This document shows, one piece after another, positions 12,999-25,780 of a DNA stretch of 64,000 bases. The notes beneath the pieces were generated by a model. The model had not been told where the DNA came from and made no database searches. It saw only the letters and a program-made list of their open reading frames with translations. How positions within the stretch are numbered: position 1 is the stretch's first letter; every line of letters begins with the position of its first letter. Location of the stretch: NCBI GenBank assembly GCA_000934665.2, contig KZ538382.1:1-64000 (forward strand), written 5' to 3'. Source of the DNA: Catajapyx aquilonaris (taxonomy: Eukaryota). The position numbers and the translations under genes were made by a program.

Positions 12999-15066
12999 GT
13001 AGGAAATGTTCCTAAAATGAGGCAGATTATAGTGAGCATAATATTAGTGTAATTCTCTATGGTACGGACCGAACGTGTGGGGAAATTATTAGTAGGGTAG
13101 CATAAAGGGTTAATTAGCCGGAACGAATGCTTTATATGACGAATCTTCATCATTATCCGACTGCCGTTGTCCAGTGTACCACCCGTTTATCCACATATGG
13201 GAAAACGCGGATTCAACTTTGACCTTTCCATTATTAGTTCCAGTCAGGTTGCAATTCAGCAGGACAAGGTCTGTTTCCCTGCACCATCGCAATCGATACC
13301 ACTTGTTTTCCTGATTAATTGCATCCAGTGGTAATTGCACAATGATCACGGGAAATGCCTGAAAGAGTGCTTTTAATTCCTTTTCAAACGCAAATTTCCG
13401 GGCATGAAATTTTCTTCCGATTCCAGTTTTCGAAGCAAAATTAGTTTTTCGAAACTCGAATACTTATCTCCTGAACATGACACGCAAATGATTGCAAGAT
13501 TTGACCGGCTTCCCGTAGTAATTAAAGGGTGTCGCGTGTGAGAGTACCTGACAACATCAGGGAGTCAGGATTTCCATATTTCATTCATCTCACAACCTGA
13601 TTATTTCCTAGGCTTTTCCATCAAAAAAAAATTTTTGTGAGTGGGAGGTGCTCATTAAAAAAAATCTGGTTATCATGCGCATAAGTTTGTCCTTAATTTG
13701 CGTATTCTCCAGAGATTGTCAATGCTGTCAGGATATTAAATGAGTACAGGTCCGGAACCGTTTCTTAGCATTAGACCTTTGGGAGATGGGGACATGACAT
13801 ATCGACAGTCGTCGTAGAAGCTCTCAACATGTGAGGTGAAGTACAATAGAGAGATAAAAGTGGCAGCAGATATCTGCAATGCGAAGGTATTTGCATGGGG
13901 GAGGAAAAATTATGCAGGAGATCCCCCTTTTGGAATTGGTAACTGGCTTCCAGACGGAGTGGAATCGATATTCTGTCAGGGGCTTGGTAGAGTGAATGCG
14001 CTCCAGTCATGTACTATGTTAGTACTATACCTACAAATCCATAGCATTACACTACGATGTGCCTTATACTTTTATGCATGCAAAGGATTCGACATGTGTT
14101 CGTACAAGGTGGTGGACACTAGCTTTATCATGTATGGGTGACTGTTCTTCGCTGACTTGGACCGATATTCAGCGATGTACTAAAATCTGGGGTATTTTTT
14201 CGGGCCAGACGTTAGTGCTTCCATTTTATAGCAATATATATATTTTATGGCACTTTCAGAAGCGATGGTCGAAATTTCAGGAGAGGTCGAATTCTGATAT
14301 ATTTTTAGCGAAAGTATCGGAAATCGTTCCAGTTCTGTCGATATTTCAACCTATCTGTGAATTGCAAAATTTGGACCATTGTTAGAATAATTACGACCTC
14401 ATTTTCCTGAAAAATGCCTTTTTCCAGCACCGTAGCAGGAGGCAACATGTAAATTCGGATTGATCGTCAGTTTGTAGTGTATCTCGAAGGATATGCGCTG
14501 AATGGCACGTGTGATGAAAAGGCGGGCTTTTGTGCACGGAGTCGGAGGATGCGGAGATGGCGCCCTTGGCTCCTCCATGCCAACACCTCCCAAGGGATAG
14601 AGAAAGATGGAGCAGTCGAGAGATAGAGTCGATAAACGAAGCACCTGAGCCCCTTCCAAGCAAGGTCGGTGCAACAAAGAGAGCTCTATTACAATCCAGT
14701 TACCATGCGCACTGCGACATTTTTTTTTTAAACTTAGTGGAAGAGGACCAAATTTAACAAGCTTCTTGTTGGTTGCGTTCTTAACATTCCATTGAACAAG
14801 GTGCAATTTCAGAGGTAGGTCTTGCGTAACGGTGCTACCCCCATTAGTGTAAATTGTTCCGGCAGAGCGTGCAGCCAATTAATTGCATACTTTGTGGGAC
14901 GTGTGACTGTTCAGGCCATACCCTTTACTAGGTAGCTACTACATCTTGAATTTTGCATCGATATTTGCTTGAAGGATGAAATTTTTGTGGAAATTGCACA
15001 AGAAGAAACAGCAGGAGTCTGAGTGGCCAATTCGGACATTTGCACTCTATTTCCCTCGTTTTGCAG

Positions 15067-15075
15067 TTCCATCTG
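15067..15075 (+). CDS. Nrx-1: Candidate 9-nt microexon (FHL) between LNS1 and EGF1
   Basis: ctctatttccctcgttttgcag|TTCCATCTG|gtgaga. Strong pyrimidine tract, ~41-nt AG-free zone, frame-preserving in a phase-0 intron. No homology support. Confidence 0.4.
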
Positions 15076-17490
15076 GTGAGAGCTAGAAAAAAAGACAGTT
15101 TTCTTGTCGAGATATTGAACGCCTGTCGCTAGGATATGGGGTAGAGCTATAAAAAAAAACGCTCCTGGCCCAGGTCACTTTCGAATTGGATCTGTGTTTC
15201 GAACTTGTTTGCTCAACTCTATGGGTTCTATTTTAGATTTGACTATCTCATTTCTTTGTTGTTGTGTGGACGTGTGGGCGCCATAAAGGATACTCTGGGT
15301 GTATCTGGTTGGGTGAACAAACAGCTTCTGAGCCAATCGCCCAAATTGCAATGTGCGTTGATCCTATAGCTGTGTGGGAGTGTCCTGAAGAGGGGTCATT
15401 ATAGGGCGCAGATCGGCTCTTGTTGGCACCAGAGGGTAGACAGGGGCGCCAGAAAGACACTGGATAAAAAACAGAGAAAAGAACGATTGGGCTTCAAGCC
15501 AAAAAAGTGGGACAAAATAGTGTATGTATCGGATATTGCTCCCTGCAACTAGAGCTAAGTTATTAATTTAAAGCTTCTGCATAGTAGCCTAAAATAAGGT
15601 TAGGTTTAGGCAGGGATTCCACAATGAGACTTGTTGAAGCGACAAGAGTCGAGCAGGGTTGACAGGACTCAAACCATAACCCGAGTGGACATGGCTTGAC
15701 ACGGAGCATTGTCCCAGGCATTTGCAAGTTTATGTGTTGCGCCACGGCTTTTGTCCGCTCCATCAAATGCTTCATGTAGGATTATGATGATGCCCTGCAT
15801 TTCAAACTTGCATTCATTATTGGGTACGGCTTCTGCAATCAAGCCATTTCAAATCCTTTCCTTCCGCTCGTGATTTCCCGTCTCCATTCAAATCACCGTT
15901 CCTCGAAAAAATGCGAAATGGTAATAACACTTTGCGATATGAAACAGTTTCTGGGAGGCTTATTTTTTAAAAAGCCGATCTGTACTTCAAATTAACTGCA
16001 CGTTACTAGGAATAATGGCTGATTAAATAAGTAACTGCTACCAAGTTTTTAAAAGTGGTTACTACATCATGGGTAGAGACTCATAACCTAAGAGTCCTTG
16101 CCGCATCTTAAGAGACAGATGATCTATAGGTTTCTTCATCGATTCAGCACACGATGGTGCTTCATTGGAGGCCTCCAAGGGGAAAAAGCTCTACGAAATG
16201 AAGACCACCTCCCCTTCTCTGTTATGTCTCCCACGATTTTATGGCCTCAACTTTTTTTTTCCAATAACAAGTCGGTTCGTTATAACATTAGAAGGCTTCA
16301 TATTATGGATTTATAAAGCCGGATGTGTCCGACGAATCATATTTTTAGAGCTGGATTATCCAGGTATGGTCACGTATACCCAAGGGTTTATTAACATTAG
16401 GTACTGTACAGTGCAGTGGCCACATACGGTGCAGCACACATAGGAAGAGTTTTAACAGCGGGTAATATATCTTGGGGGGACCTGAGAAAGCCAATAAAAG
16501 CGGAGAAGTACTATGGCGTATTAGTACTCTGGGCATTTCATTGCCGTGATGAAAGCTAAGACTACACATTTAAGTCTGTACGACCCAATTTCAATTATTA
16601 TCCCCCCTATTTTAATTAGCGCACTGTTTTATTTTCAACAGTTGGTGCGCCTGCGAAAAAAAAATTCTATGCGCTTCTCCAATCTTCTCCGCAGCAGCCG
16701 TAAAAAATATTATCACCACCTGATATACGACATCAAATGGCACCATAGCAAGAGTTCAGTGGCACGAATCCAGTGCCGCAGTGATTTACTGTACCGTTTC
16801 CGAAATTCGAGATCCGCCATGTATTTGAGCTGGCAAAGAATTTACGACACCACCATCACACGCATAGTAGGTTGTGGTGCGAAATGGAATCCAATGGAAA
16901 GTTCTTGGGGCTGGAGATGGAATGAGCCACTGTCTGGCAATTGAGCTGAAGAGCGTGTTCCTTATAGATGATGAAGACGGGCTCCCTCGAGATGCAGAAA
17001 TTTTCATGGGGGGAGGGGGAGGGGGGTTTTAATTATGCACCTTGATTATGGATCCTGGGAAAGGAGCGCACTTTCTACACCTTTAATAAAAACGAGGGAA
17101 ATTTAAAATTCTGCCTGTTCTTCAGGTATGACCATGGCAACGCTGCGCTGTCGGTTAATTGATTCCGCATACAAAAGCATGAGAGCTCCGGGAGATGGAT
17201 ATTGCAATTTAACAGCTTATTCACAGGGAAACAATCTCATAAGACCTCATTAGGACATGCGCTAGAGTACTCCAATGTTGTGCAGCGCCTTGGAAATTTA
17301 TGCCTAGGGGGCAGCGGATGACCCCGAACGCAACGGATGGTTATCGAGAGAGTATTTAGTGGGAAGCCGCATGCAGAGCATTAAAAACTAAATTGGATTG
17401 ATTTCGGTTACATTCCGCTATCTTCAAGGATGGCTGGCTCATAAATTAGTGGTGGGAATTCGTGGATGATGCCAGCAGCAAAAAGGTAGA

Positions 17491-17574
17491 TCAATAGATG
17501 TCGCCACTAATTCTGTCGACCGCAAGTGGCGACATCTACTTGCGGTAGGCAGAATTAGTGGCGACATCTACTGA
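17491..17574. repeat. Hairpin built from three copies of GTGGCGACATCTA
   Basis: TAGATGTCGCCACTAATTCTG...ACCGCAAGT pairs with ACTTGCGGT...CAGAATTAGTGGCGACATCTA. A third motif copy spans the loop. Confidence 0.8.
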
Positions 17575-18630
17575 GCTTGTTCTCTGGCCTATGTAAAAGT
17601 GATAGAAATCATAACTCAAGCCAGCTGCGCCATCCGACAAGCACTAAATAATTGCCGTAGCCATTTACAACACGAGAGTACAGCATAATCGCAATTCTAA
17701 TGCAAAGTAGTGCTTGAGGTACGAGCACGCTATAGGTTATAATTTATGAACTTGATTGCCCCGTAAATTTACTCCACTACTCCAACGACAGCCACAGTTT
17801 AATGGATTCGGTGACCTTATTGCGGAATGTAATACATTAGTGCAATGGCTCGAGTGCTGAGCAGGATGAGCTTTTCGTGTGACGTGGAGGAAGCATGCAT
17901 TCCTCCAGTCCCGACAGTGGGTAATAGGTAGTTTGTCAATAGAGTGATTGATTACAGTGCCACTGGTGTTGTACTGCACTATTCCAACCAAATTTTCCGT
18001 CAGGTTATGACATTTTACTATTATAAATCAGCATGCTTTCCTTATAAATAACCACTATTTGTTTGAACATTTTTTGAGTTTCTTCGATTTTTCTCCACGT
18101 GCCTTAGCTTCCCCTTCAGTAAACAAGGGACATGGCAAATTCTGATACACGCAGTGCATCTATAGGTTTTTTGGAGGAACACTCTGGCACGTGTTTGCTT
18201 TAAAAAAAAAACCTCTTTGCAAGCTGACTTCGTGACTAGCTGAACAATATTAGGGAGTAGGAAAAAGGGGACTAGTGGACAGGGGTGTAGTGCCAAAGTT
18301 TACCCCCACCCATGGCCAACTAACCCCACTCCCCTTCCTGCCTACATGATTCATTTATAGGTTTAATACAGCGCGCGTGACTGGTGCATTTGCAGGGGGT
18401 AAAGAAGCTAGGGGTGGGTAGGAGCCAACTAGTAAAAGCACCTCACGTCAAACTCTCATTTATCTTCCCCTATGCATTCTTTTTTCCTTCCGCCAACGTT
18501 ATGGTCAAAGTCATTTACGCTACTTTCCCCATCAAATTGGATTGGACCAGTGGATCGAACCCTTTTTACATGGCTTAAGAGACACTTCTGCACGTCCAGC
18601 TATTTTACTGTCTATTAATTATCGGTAGAG

Positions 18631-18970
18631 CAGTCGTGGAATGAGCCTAACCGGTCGTGGAAGGACCTAACCACACATGGAAGGACCTAACCAGTCATGG
18701 AAGGACCTAACTAGTCATGGAAGGACCTAACTAGTCATGCAAGGATCTAACCAGTCATGGAAGGACCTAACCAGTCATGGAAGGACCTAACTAGTCATGG
18801 AAGGATCTAACTAGTCATGGAAGGACGTAACCAGTCATGGAAGGACCTAACCAGTCATGGAAGGACCTAACCAGTCATGGAAGGACCTAACCAGTCATGG
18901 AAGGACCTAACCAGTCATCCATGGAAGAACCTAACTAGTCATGGAAGGATCTAACCAGTCATGGAAGGAC
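18631..18970 (+). repeat. 20-bp minisatellite, about 17 copies (GGAAGGACCTAACCAGTCAT)
   Basis: Head-to-tail tandem units with few substitutions and no unique spacers. Confidence 0.95.
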
Positions 18971-21900
18971 AGCCGTAGCCGTCGCCAGTCGAGAACACCC
19001 GATCTGAGCCCTCGCAATTTGAACAAAGCTTGAGGGCGGCTTGGGGGAAACAAGTGGCTCGAAATGAGATTGCGCATTTCGTACATTTTGCATTCTCCCT
19101 AGACAACACTGGAGGGCATGTAAAGAATCCTCATCTGACGCTTGAGCTTGATTCTCGACCATTCGAGCAGCAAAAAGGCATTTTCTGTCCTGGAACATGC
19201 CTCGGGTTCCACTCATATCAAAAGGATCCCACAGATGTTCCAGAGCGACTCGGAAGAAGATCCGCAGACTCTGCTGCCTCAGACATTCTTGCTTCCAAGG
19301 GAGTAAAAAATATGAGAGTGTGTGTGCATGCTTGCAGGGTTTGACCTCTCAGATGTAAGCCAGACCATCCGGCTCTAGGCCAGACCCTAGGATGACAAAA
19401 AAAAGTGAAACGGGAGGGTAAAAGAAGGATCCATTTATACTATTGCGTAGACTGTAGAGATAAAAAAAAAGCAAGGATCAAAGTTTTGTTCAGCAGTGCA
19501 GAAATATCAAAGAGAGTAACACTAAGATGGGAATCGAAAAGCTTTTGTGCGACTAGTGGAATGGTGTCGCCATAGATTTTCGACATTCTTGACATATAAT
19601 ATTCAGGTCATATATCGGATCGTAGTAAAATTCTCGTTTTCTTCATAGCAAACCAGGTGGTGTTCCCATCGTGGTGCTCTTAGCAGCACTTTGTAAATGA
19701 GCATATCGATCGTAATCGCAAGGCGCGAGGTTCTTCTTTGTTTTGTGGTAAATCCTAACAAGTGGAGGACATCAGTCAAGTTGCCCGAAGAAGCTCCGTC
19801 CCATAAAAAATGCTTGTCGCAAATACTGACTCAATGACAAATAAATCCCTGCAAAGTGCTTGTTGTCCACCTTACATCAGGAATGAGGCTCCTAACTCAT
19901 TACCAGTGATTCATTTTCTGTAGTATTAGTTTTCGTTGCTATGGAGTCAGGTGCGACGGAACCGGAAGGTTGTCATTCATTTTATACTAAAAAAGCGCCA
20001 TCTGGCGTCGTACTGACGTCATATCCTGTAATGCCATCTAGCGGTCTGACAGTAAAGTCATGTACATTTGAAAGCAACCAAATGTAGCATATTTCCTCTC
20101 TTCTTTTTTTTAAAGTCTGGCCGCAGTTTGAGTGCGGCTTGAACCGAATTGAATGGTAGGTTGGGGCTGGTTGGATGTAGAAAACTCTTCTCCCCATGCC
20201 CCCACCACCTACCCACAACCTACCCCCTTTTCTATCGATTTCTTTCCTGCAACAGCAGCAAACAGAGAAGCCTGTGCGGCCTCCAGCCCTTGCTTTCAAT
20301 TCACAACTGCAATTCTATCTGCCTTCTGACCGCACTTACTGCCTGACATGCACTGCCTTCAAGCTTATCTCGCTTTTTAAAAGCCTCAATCATAATTATG
20401 GGTAGGGCTTTTTAAAAAATGGCGGTGTAGGGTGAGATATCGGAAATATAGTGGAGGTGGAAAAAAAAGAAGTCAACATGGTTAGGACTTTCACGTTTTT
20501 CTGTGACGATCTGTAAACAAGTCGATGCGACTGGATTCCCAATGGCGGTAGAGGCATCAAATGGAATTTTCAATCGAGGACAAGTGTCCGGTGCGTCCGT
20601 GTAGTTTCGAGCAATTAGCGATTGAATAATTAATTGTCGTAATGAATTTTTTGGGGGGTTAGAACCAATATGGCGGCCATGTTAGGTGCGTTCGTGTCGC
20701 TGCCGGCTGGACGATTTTGATAATCTCCATCGGAAGATGTCCAAGTCCTATACGTAATGAAATGTGTGCAAAATATCGACCGCAGTCTTTCGCCTGAGGG
20801 ATAACGACACCATTAACTGCATGGTCCTAATTTGTCTTTATGGATGATCGCATCTGCGAATCTTAACCGCTTTCTATGAAAGTGGATGAAAAGCGGCGAT
20901 TATTTCTTTTGGCGATTTCGGATGGGAATTACGCTTTATCGCCCCATTGATTAATATTCATATTTCTAGTGGGAGATGGGGGGGGGATGAGGGGAGAAAA
21001 AGCCTTGAATGGGGTTGGGCTTTAGGTTATTACGACGCCGGAGGGGATTACATTCTATGTATCTTAAATTGCGTTAATTTCCTGCTACGTCTGAAACATT
21101 CCGACGCAGATGGCACTCTACATTGCGGAAGATTTTGAATTTTTAAGAAGGATAATCACTATTCATTACATGTAAGGAGAACTTTCTGGAGATTTTGAAG
21201 GAAAAGATTCTTGACACTTATAATCCAATCCCCCGAGTTAGAGGTTAAATTTCATTTCCCTTCTTCCAGTCTGCCTGCAGGGCATGGAAAAAAATAAACC
21301 TACATTCTTGCAGGACGGAAATAATTCTGAAATATTTAAGAAAAATTTGCATGATATTATTATTTCTAGAGATAATGTAATTCTGTCAAAATTATCGTCA
21401 TGGATTTATTACCGTGTTCAGGTTTATTGTCATGTTAGCATGTTTCATATAACGCAGTTGACATTACTATTCACAGTTTGCAAGTTTTGGCGACAGACCT
21501 CATAGGTGAACAGGCGTTGGTTATGATTCACATTCAATGTGACACTAATTAACGCTGGGAGTTCCTAATTGGAAATTATGTATGGTTAATTACTGCAGGT
21601 TTGCCCGCATGTCAAAAGAAATAACTCTGCCTCTCTTTGCTGTGCTACATTAACAAATAATGCGGGGTTGGTCAGCTCTTTTCACATGATGAAGCAATAT
21701 TTTATGCGTAGACTTGCGCACTATTGTTGTTGATTGCTAATTAAAAATTAATTGCCAATAATTGAAGAGAATAGGCAGCGCTATAATAGTGTGAATCAGT
21801 AAAGTAGATTGTTAGGCATCATACTGCCATCTGCGTATTTTATGTGCTGGTGTGTACACATTATTTGCATGTTTGGAATTATGACGTCACCGGCAGGAGT

Positions 21901-24341
21901 CCGAATGTGGCCCTAGGTCACGCCCCCTTTTTTCGCGCCAATTTGAGAGTGACTTACCCGCGATAATTTATCCAGAAACCAGCCTGTTAAGACCTGTTAA
22001 GGGCTTGTAGTGGGTGCACCTTCGTTGCACGCGACAAGGGTACCCGTAGCGAGCAGTAACTGTACAGGAGCGCCGCAGGGAAGCGTGTGGAGCACCCTCT
22101 AGCGGAGGTGGTGGAAGGTGTGTGGGGAGGGGGCTAAGAAAGCATGGATGTAGTCAGATAGGTGGCGCACCCAGTGGGAATAGAAATAACTTCCAGCGGA
22201 CATGCAAACAAACATAGTTGACAGTATTAGGTGAAATATTATTGAGAATGATGACATTTTGGTGCTGAAAAGTGGTAGAATGCGTGTTTACGTGTATGGT
22301 AGGCTATTTTCCAATCCCTGACTCATTGTTACGTTAGTTTTTTCAATATCAATTCAACCAACAATCAGAATTATATATAAAAAAAGAATGTGGTGACATC
22401 TGAAGTTACTGCCATGAAAGACTCTATTTACAGAAAAGCAAGATAAGCGATGCAATAGGTGTTGAGCTGGCAGTATTTGACATCCCCCCCCCCCCCTCAG
22501 GACACCCCCGCCTTCCCCTTTTTGTCGCGGTGGGAGTGGGTGGGTTGGAGGGGTGTGTCGGCACTTGGCGCACTCGTCACGGCTTTTTCCATGGGCTCCC
22601 GATAGTCGATGGTCGGCTGGATTTGCTCCCAGCACGAAGGCTATGGATGTCAGAGCCGGTGGCAAGCCGGGGGGGCCTTATTCTGCTAGAATGAAGATGG
22701 ATGGCGAGCCCTGTCACCCCACTCCCAAGGATGCTAATTCCTGCATAGCGCAACCGCCATATTTCCACCTCTCTCCAACCCTTGTTGTCCCAAAACCAGG
22801 AACAAAAAAAAGGGTCCTTGTTATTGCTCTGCGGTATTCACATGCAACTGCCTTGACACCACTTTAACAGAGGGAAGGAAAAATTGGAACACTATGTTTA
22901 GTTGACGAGTTTCTGTTTCGTAGTGGTAGAGATGCTGCTCACATAGTTTGGAGTGCGGAAACTGCTGTGGCTAAATGGTAATTGAAGGGCTGCTTGGAAA
23001 GTGCAATGCCACTCTTGGGGACCCTTTTTCTAGTCTTTCGTCGTAGGGTTGGTGACACCGTTTCTGAGCATTTGGGACAACAGGAACTTCGAATGTCTTT
23101 TCTTAGTGTTGTGAAGAAATCGATGGTTCACGAAAAAGGAACAAAGGTACGATAGGTCAGGTAAACATCAACAAAAGAGTGTTCATATCCCCGCAACCGG
23201 CCCTAACCTTCCATCCGTGCGGATACAGCCCTACCTTCAGCGGATACAGGTGGGCCGGTTGCGGGGACCACTTGCACGGGGACATAACTTGCACTGACAA
23301 CCTTCTATATGAGTTGCATTCAATAAAAAGGAAACCTGTCACTGTTTAGGATTGACGCTGACGTCAATCTACATGTCGTTCACAATTTTACAGCATCTTA
23401 TTTTGAGTAGGGGCCCTTTAAATTTCCATTGGAAGCACTTCCTAGGAAAAACCTCGCATGTCGAAGGTGCTGTGAGGTCTATATGGTTTATAGTTCGCAT
23501 GCCAGGAGTTCCTCGAAAGTTGCTTTATTGTTCTGACGGCTGGTTTTAATTCACGATAATGGATGTGGCACCATACACTGCCTGACGGTATACAGTCGTA
23601 TTTTGTAAATAGCGCATGGGATACTATAGGGTTAAAAATTGCTGAAATGTACAAAAATAGCACACATTATTGCAGTTGACGTGTAAATTGCTGTAGCCGG
23701 CCTGTAATTGAGATATTGCATCAGTCATATTAATCGCCTGTTTCTTTCGAAAATACTGGTGCAATTCGTGACAAAAATTACAGCTTTACTGCAGCCATTG
23801 CTTTTGAATGCGGTCCATTTTAAAATGCATAGACTAGTTCTCTTTGTGTGTTTTGTACAAAAAAAAAGCACTTTCCCACCATGGCTGCAAATGAAAGAAG
23901 CTGGTCCTCATCCTGACCAAAACAATAGGCCCCTGTGAATGAACAAAGAGTGCGAATTGAATATTAAATGAAGAGTAAAGGTGCGTAATTAACAACCCTC
24001 CGGTACAGCCAGAAGTACCAAACAAAAACCAGTCAATGCAAATTCTTTGCGCTATTTTGCAATTCGAAACACGATTACTCTCCTTCTACCATTTTTTTTT
24101 GTCTGATATAAAACTCGAAAGTGTTTTGCCCGACAAGTTCAGAGTCAATCGGGTAATTGTATTAGCCAAGTGGAAAAGTGAGTTCATCCCCGGTGTTGGC
24201 AGCTCCCAGCTTGAAAACTCCCTCAATTCACTCCGAGGATCCTAGGCTTTCCAAAGTCCGCGTGGATGACTTGGGAAAAACCAGATTCACAATTTTCCCA
24301 GCAGCTCGAGCAGGCTCGACGAAAAGGGGGGGGGGGGGGGG

Positions 24342-24446
24342 NNNNNNNNNNNNNNNNNNNNNNNNNNNNNNNNNNNNNNNNNNNNNNNNNNNNNNNNNNN
24401 NNNNNNNNNNNNNNNNNNNNNNNNNNNNNNNNNNNNNNNNNNNNNN
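24342..24446. other. Assembly gap (105 N) flanked by poly-G
   Basis: N run with G homopolymers on both sides. Confidence 0.99.
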
Positions 24447-25106
24447 GGGGGGGGGGGGGAAGACGAAGAAAGAAGAGAAAAAAAGGCCCTCAACATTTTC
24501 TCGGTGGGGATTCATCTTGGAGGAATCCACCAAGATCTCTCAGGGCGGAATCTGATTTGGGCTCCTTTTTTCTCTCGGTCATCTCCTTTAGATCCGGCCG
24601 CAGTGTGGAGAAAAAGAGTAGAGGAAACATAGAGAGCCAACAGGGCTTAAGTGGAAAGTACATTCAAAGGTATGAGGACTGGCCTTGGGGTACACAAAAA
24701 AAAATGTGAAGGTGTGTAATTCCATCAGCTGAAATATTACACGTAAGTTAGCTTGTGCTCTAATAAGCTTTGATGTTCAAAGGAAAAAGCACGATGCGAT
24801 TTAATTGATTAGTATACGATATTTACTGGTAATGTTTCCCTCCGAATTAATTGGTAATGAGACTAATGACAAAAATGTGACAATCGATGACGGACTTGAC
24901 GTTTATCTTGTTGACAGGCACAAAAATGCGCAATTTTGAATGTTACATACAGTGATAGAAGCCAATAATGATGAACATTGCGGATTACGATGATGTATAT
25001 TTTCAAACAGCCACATGCGGATGTATCGATATATCGATATTCATGGGTGACTTGAGCAACTGTACCGTACAGGCATCCGGAATTTGCCATTTATTATAAG
25101 TAGAAT

Positions 25107-25392
25107 AATAATAATAATTCATACCCCGTTATCAGCCTACCGGCTCTTTAGGGGGGAAGTTTTAGTTTTGCCTGAAACTCTTTGCTTTCATTTTACTGCG
25201 CTTTTTGGGATAGGATAGGGACAGAAGGAAGCGGCTGTGGCCTATTAATTACGGAAGCAACTCCGGAATTTTCCTGGAAGGACCGTGGGAAACCACAGAA
25301 AACCCCGGTCAGAGTTGCCGGCCCCGGGATTTGATCCCAGGACCTCCCAATTAGCAGTCGGGCACCATATCCCCTACTCCAAACTGCTTCGG
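25107..25392 (-). mobile_element. Full-length tRNA-derived SINE
   Basis: On the minus strand: tRNA-like head (A-box-like TGGAGTAGGGG, B-box-like GGGATCAAATCCC), body GGTTTTCTGTGGTTTCCC...AGGCCACAGCCGCTTCCTT, (TTA)n tail. 13-bp TSD TTATAAGTAGAAT at 25094-25106 and 25393-25405. Confidence 0.88.
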
Positions 25393-25644
25393 TTATAAGT
25401 AGAATTTTAGCGAGTATTAATTGAACCAACTCCTAATCGAAACTTAATTTGGTCCTAACTTTTTTCAATTTCGAATCACATTTTGCCACAATTCCTGTCT
25501 TAGGCCTATGCTTCCAGCCTTCCCCTGCAGACCTGCCATTGCCGCATAGCCTCCTTTATCCTCCAACCATCAAACTCTGTGGCATTTGACAGCAGCCCCC
25601 CAGTTTCCCTGATTTGATTTGCATGCTTGTTTTGTCTACTACAG

Positions 25645-25780
25645 GGTGTGCGTGTGAGCCAAGTGGGCGGCTGCGAGCAACACGACCCATGTCAACACGG
25701 CGGGATTTGCATCAGCACTGACAACGGTCCCATCTGCGAGTGTCGCAACGTGGATTTTGATGGAGTCTTCTGTGAGAAAG
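25645..25780 (+). CDS. Nrx-1: Alpha-neurexin coding exon 2: EGF-like domain 1
   Basis: Acceptor ...ttttgtctactacag, donor AAAG|GTACAG. Translates GVRVSQVGGCEQHDPCQHGGICISTDNGPICECRNVDFDGVFCEK (six-Cys EGF). Phase 0 in, phase 1 out, matching its neighbours. Missing from the ORF track. Confidence 0.95.

Noticed and set aside
12999..13052. C-terminal tail VGNVPKMRQIIVSIILV of the 217-aa ORF
   Set aside because: Intron read-through past the donor at 12999. The real frame continues in the EGF exon.
18631..18970. CRISPR-like array
   Set aside because: Units are contiguous with no unique spacers, there are no cas genes, and the context is a eukaryotic intron. It is a minisatellite.
24178..24709. 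ORFs spanning the N run
   Set aside because: Artefacts of translating through the assembly gap and poly-G.
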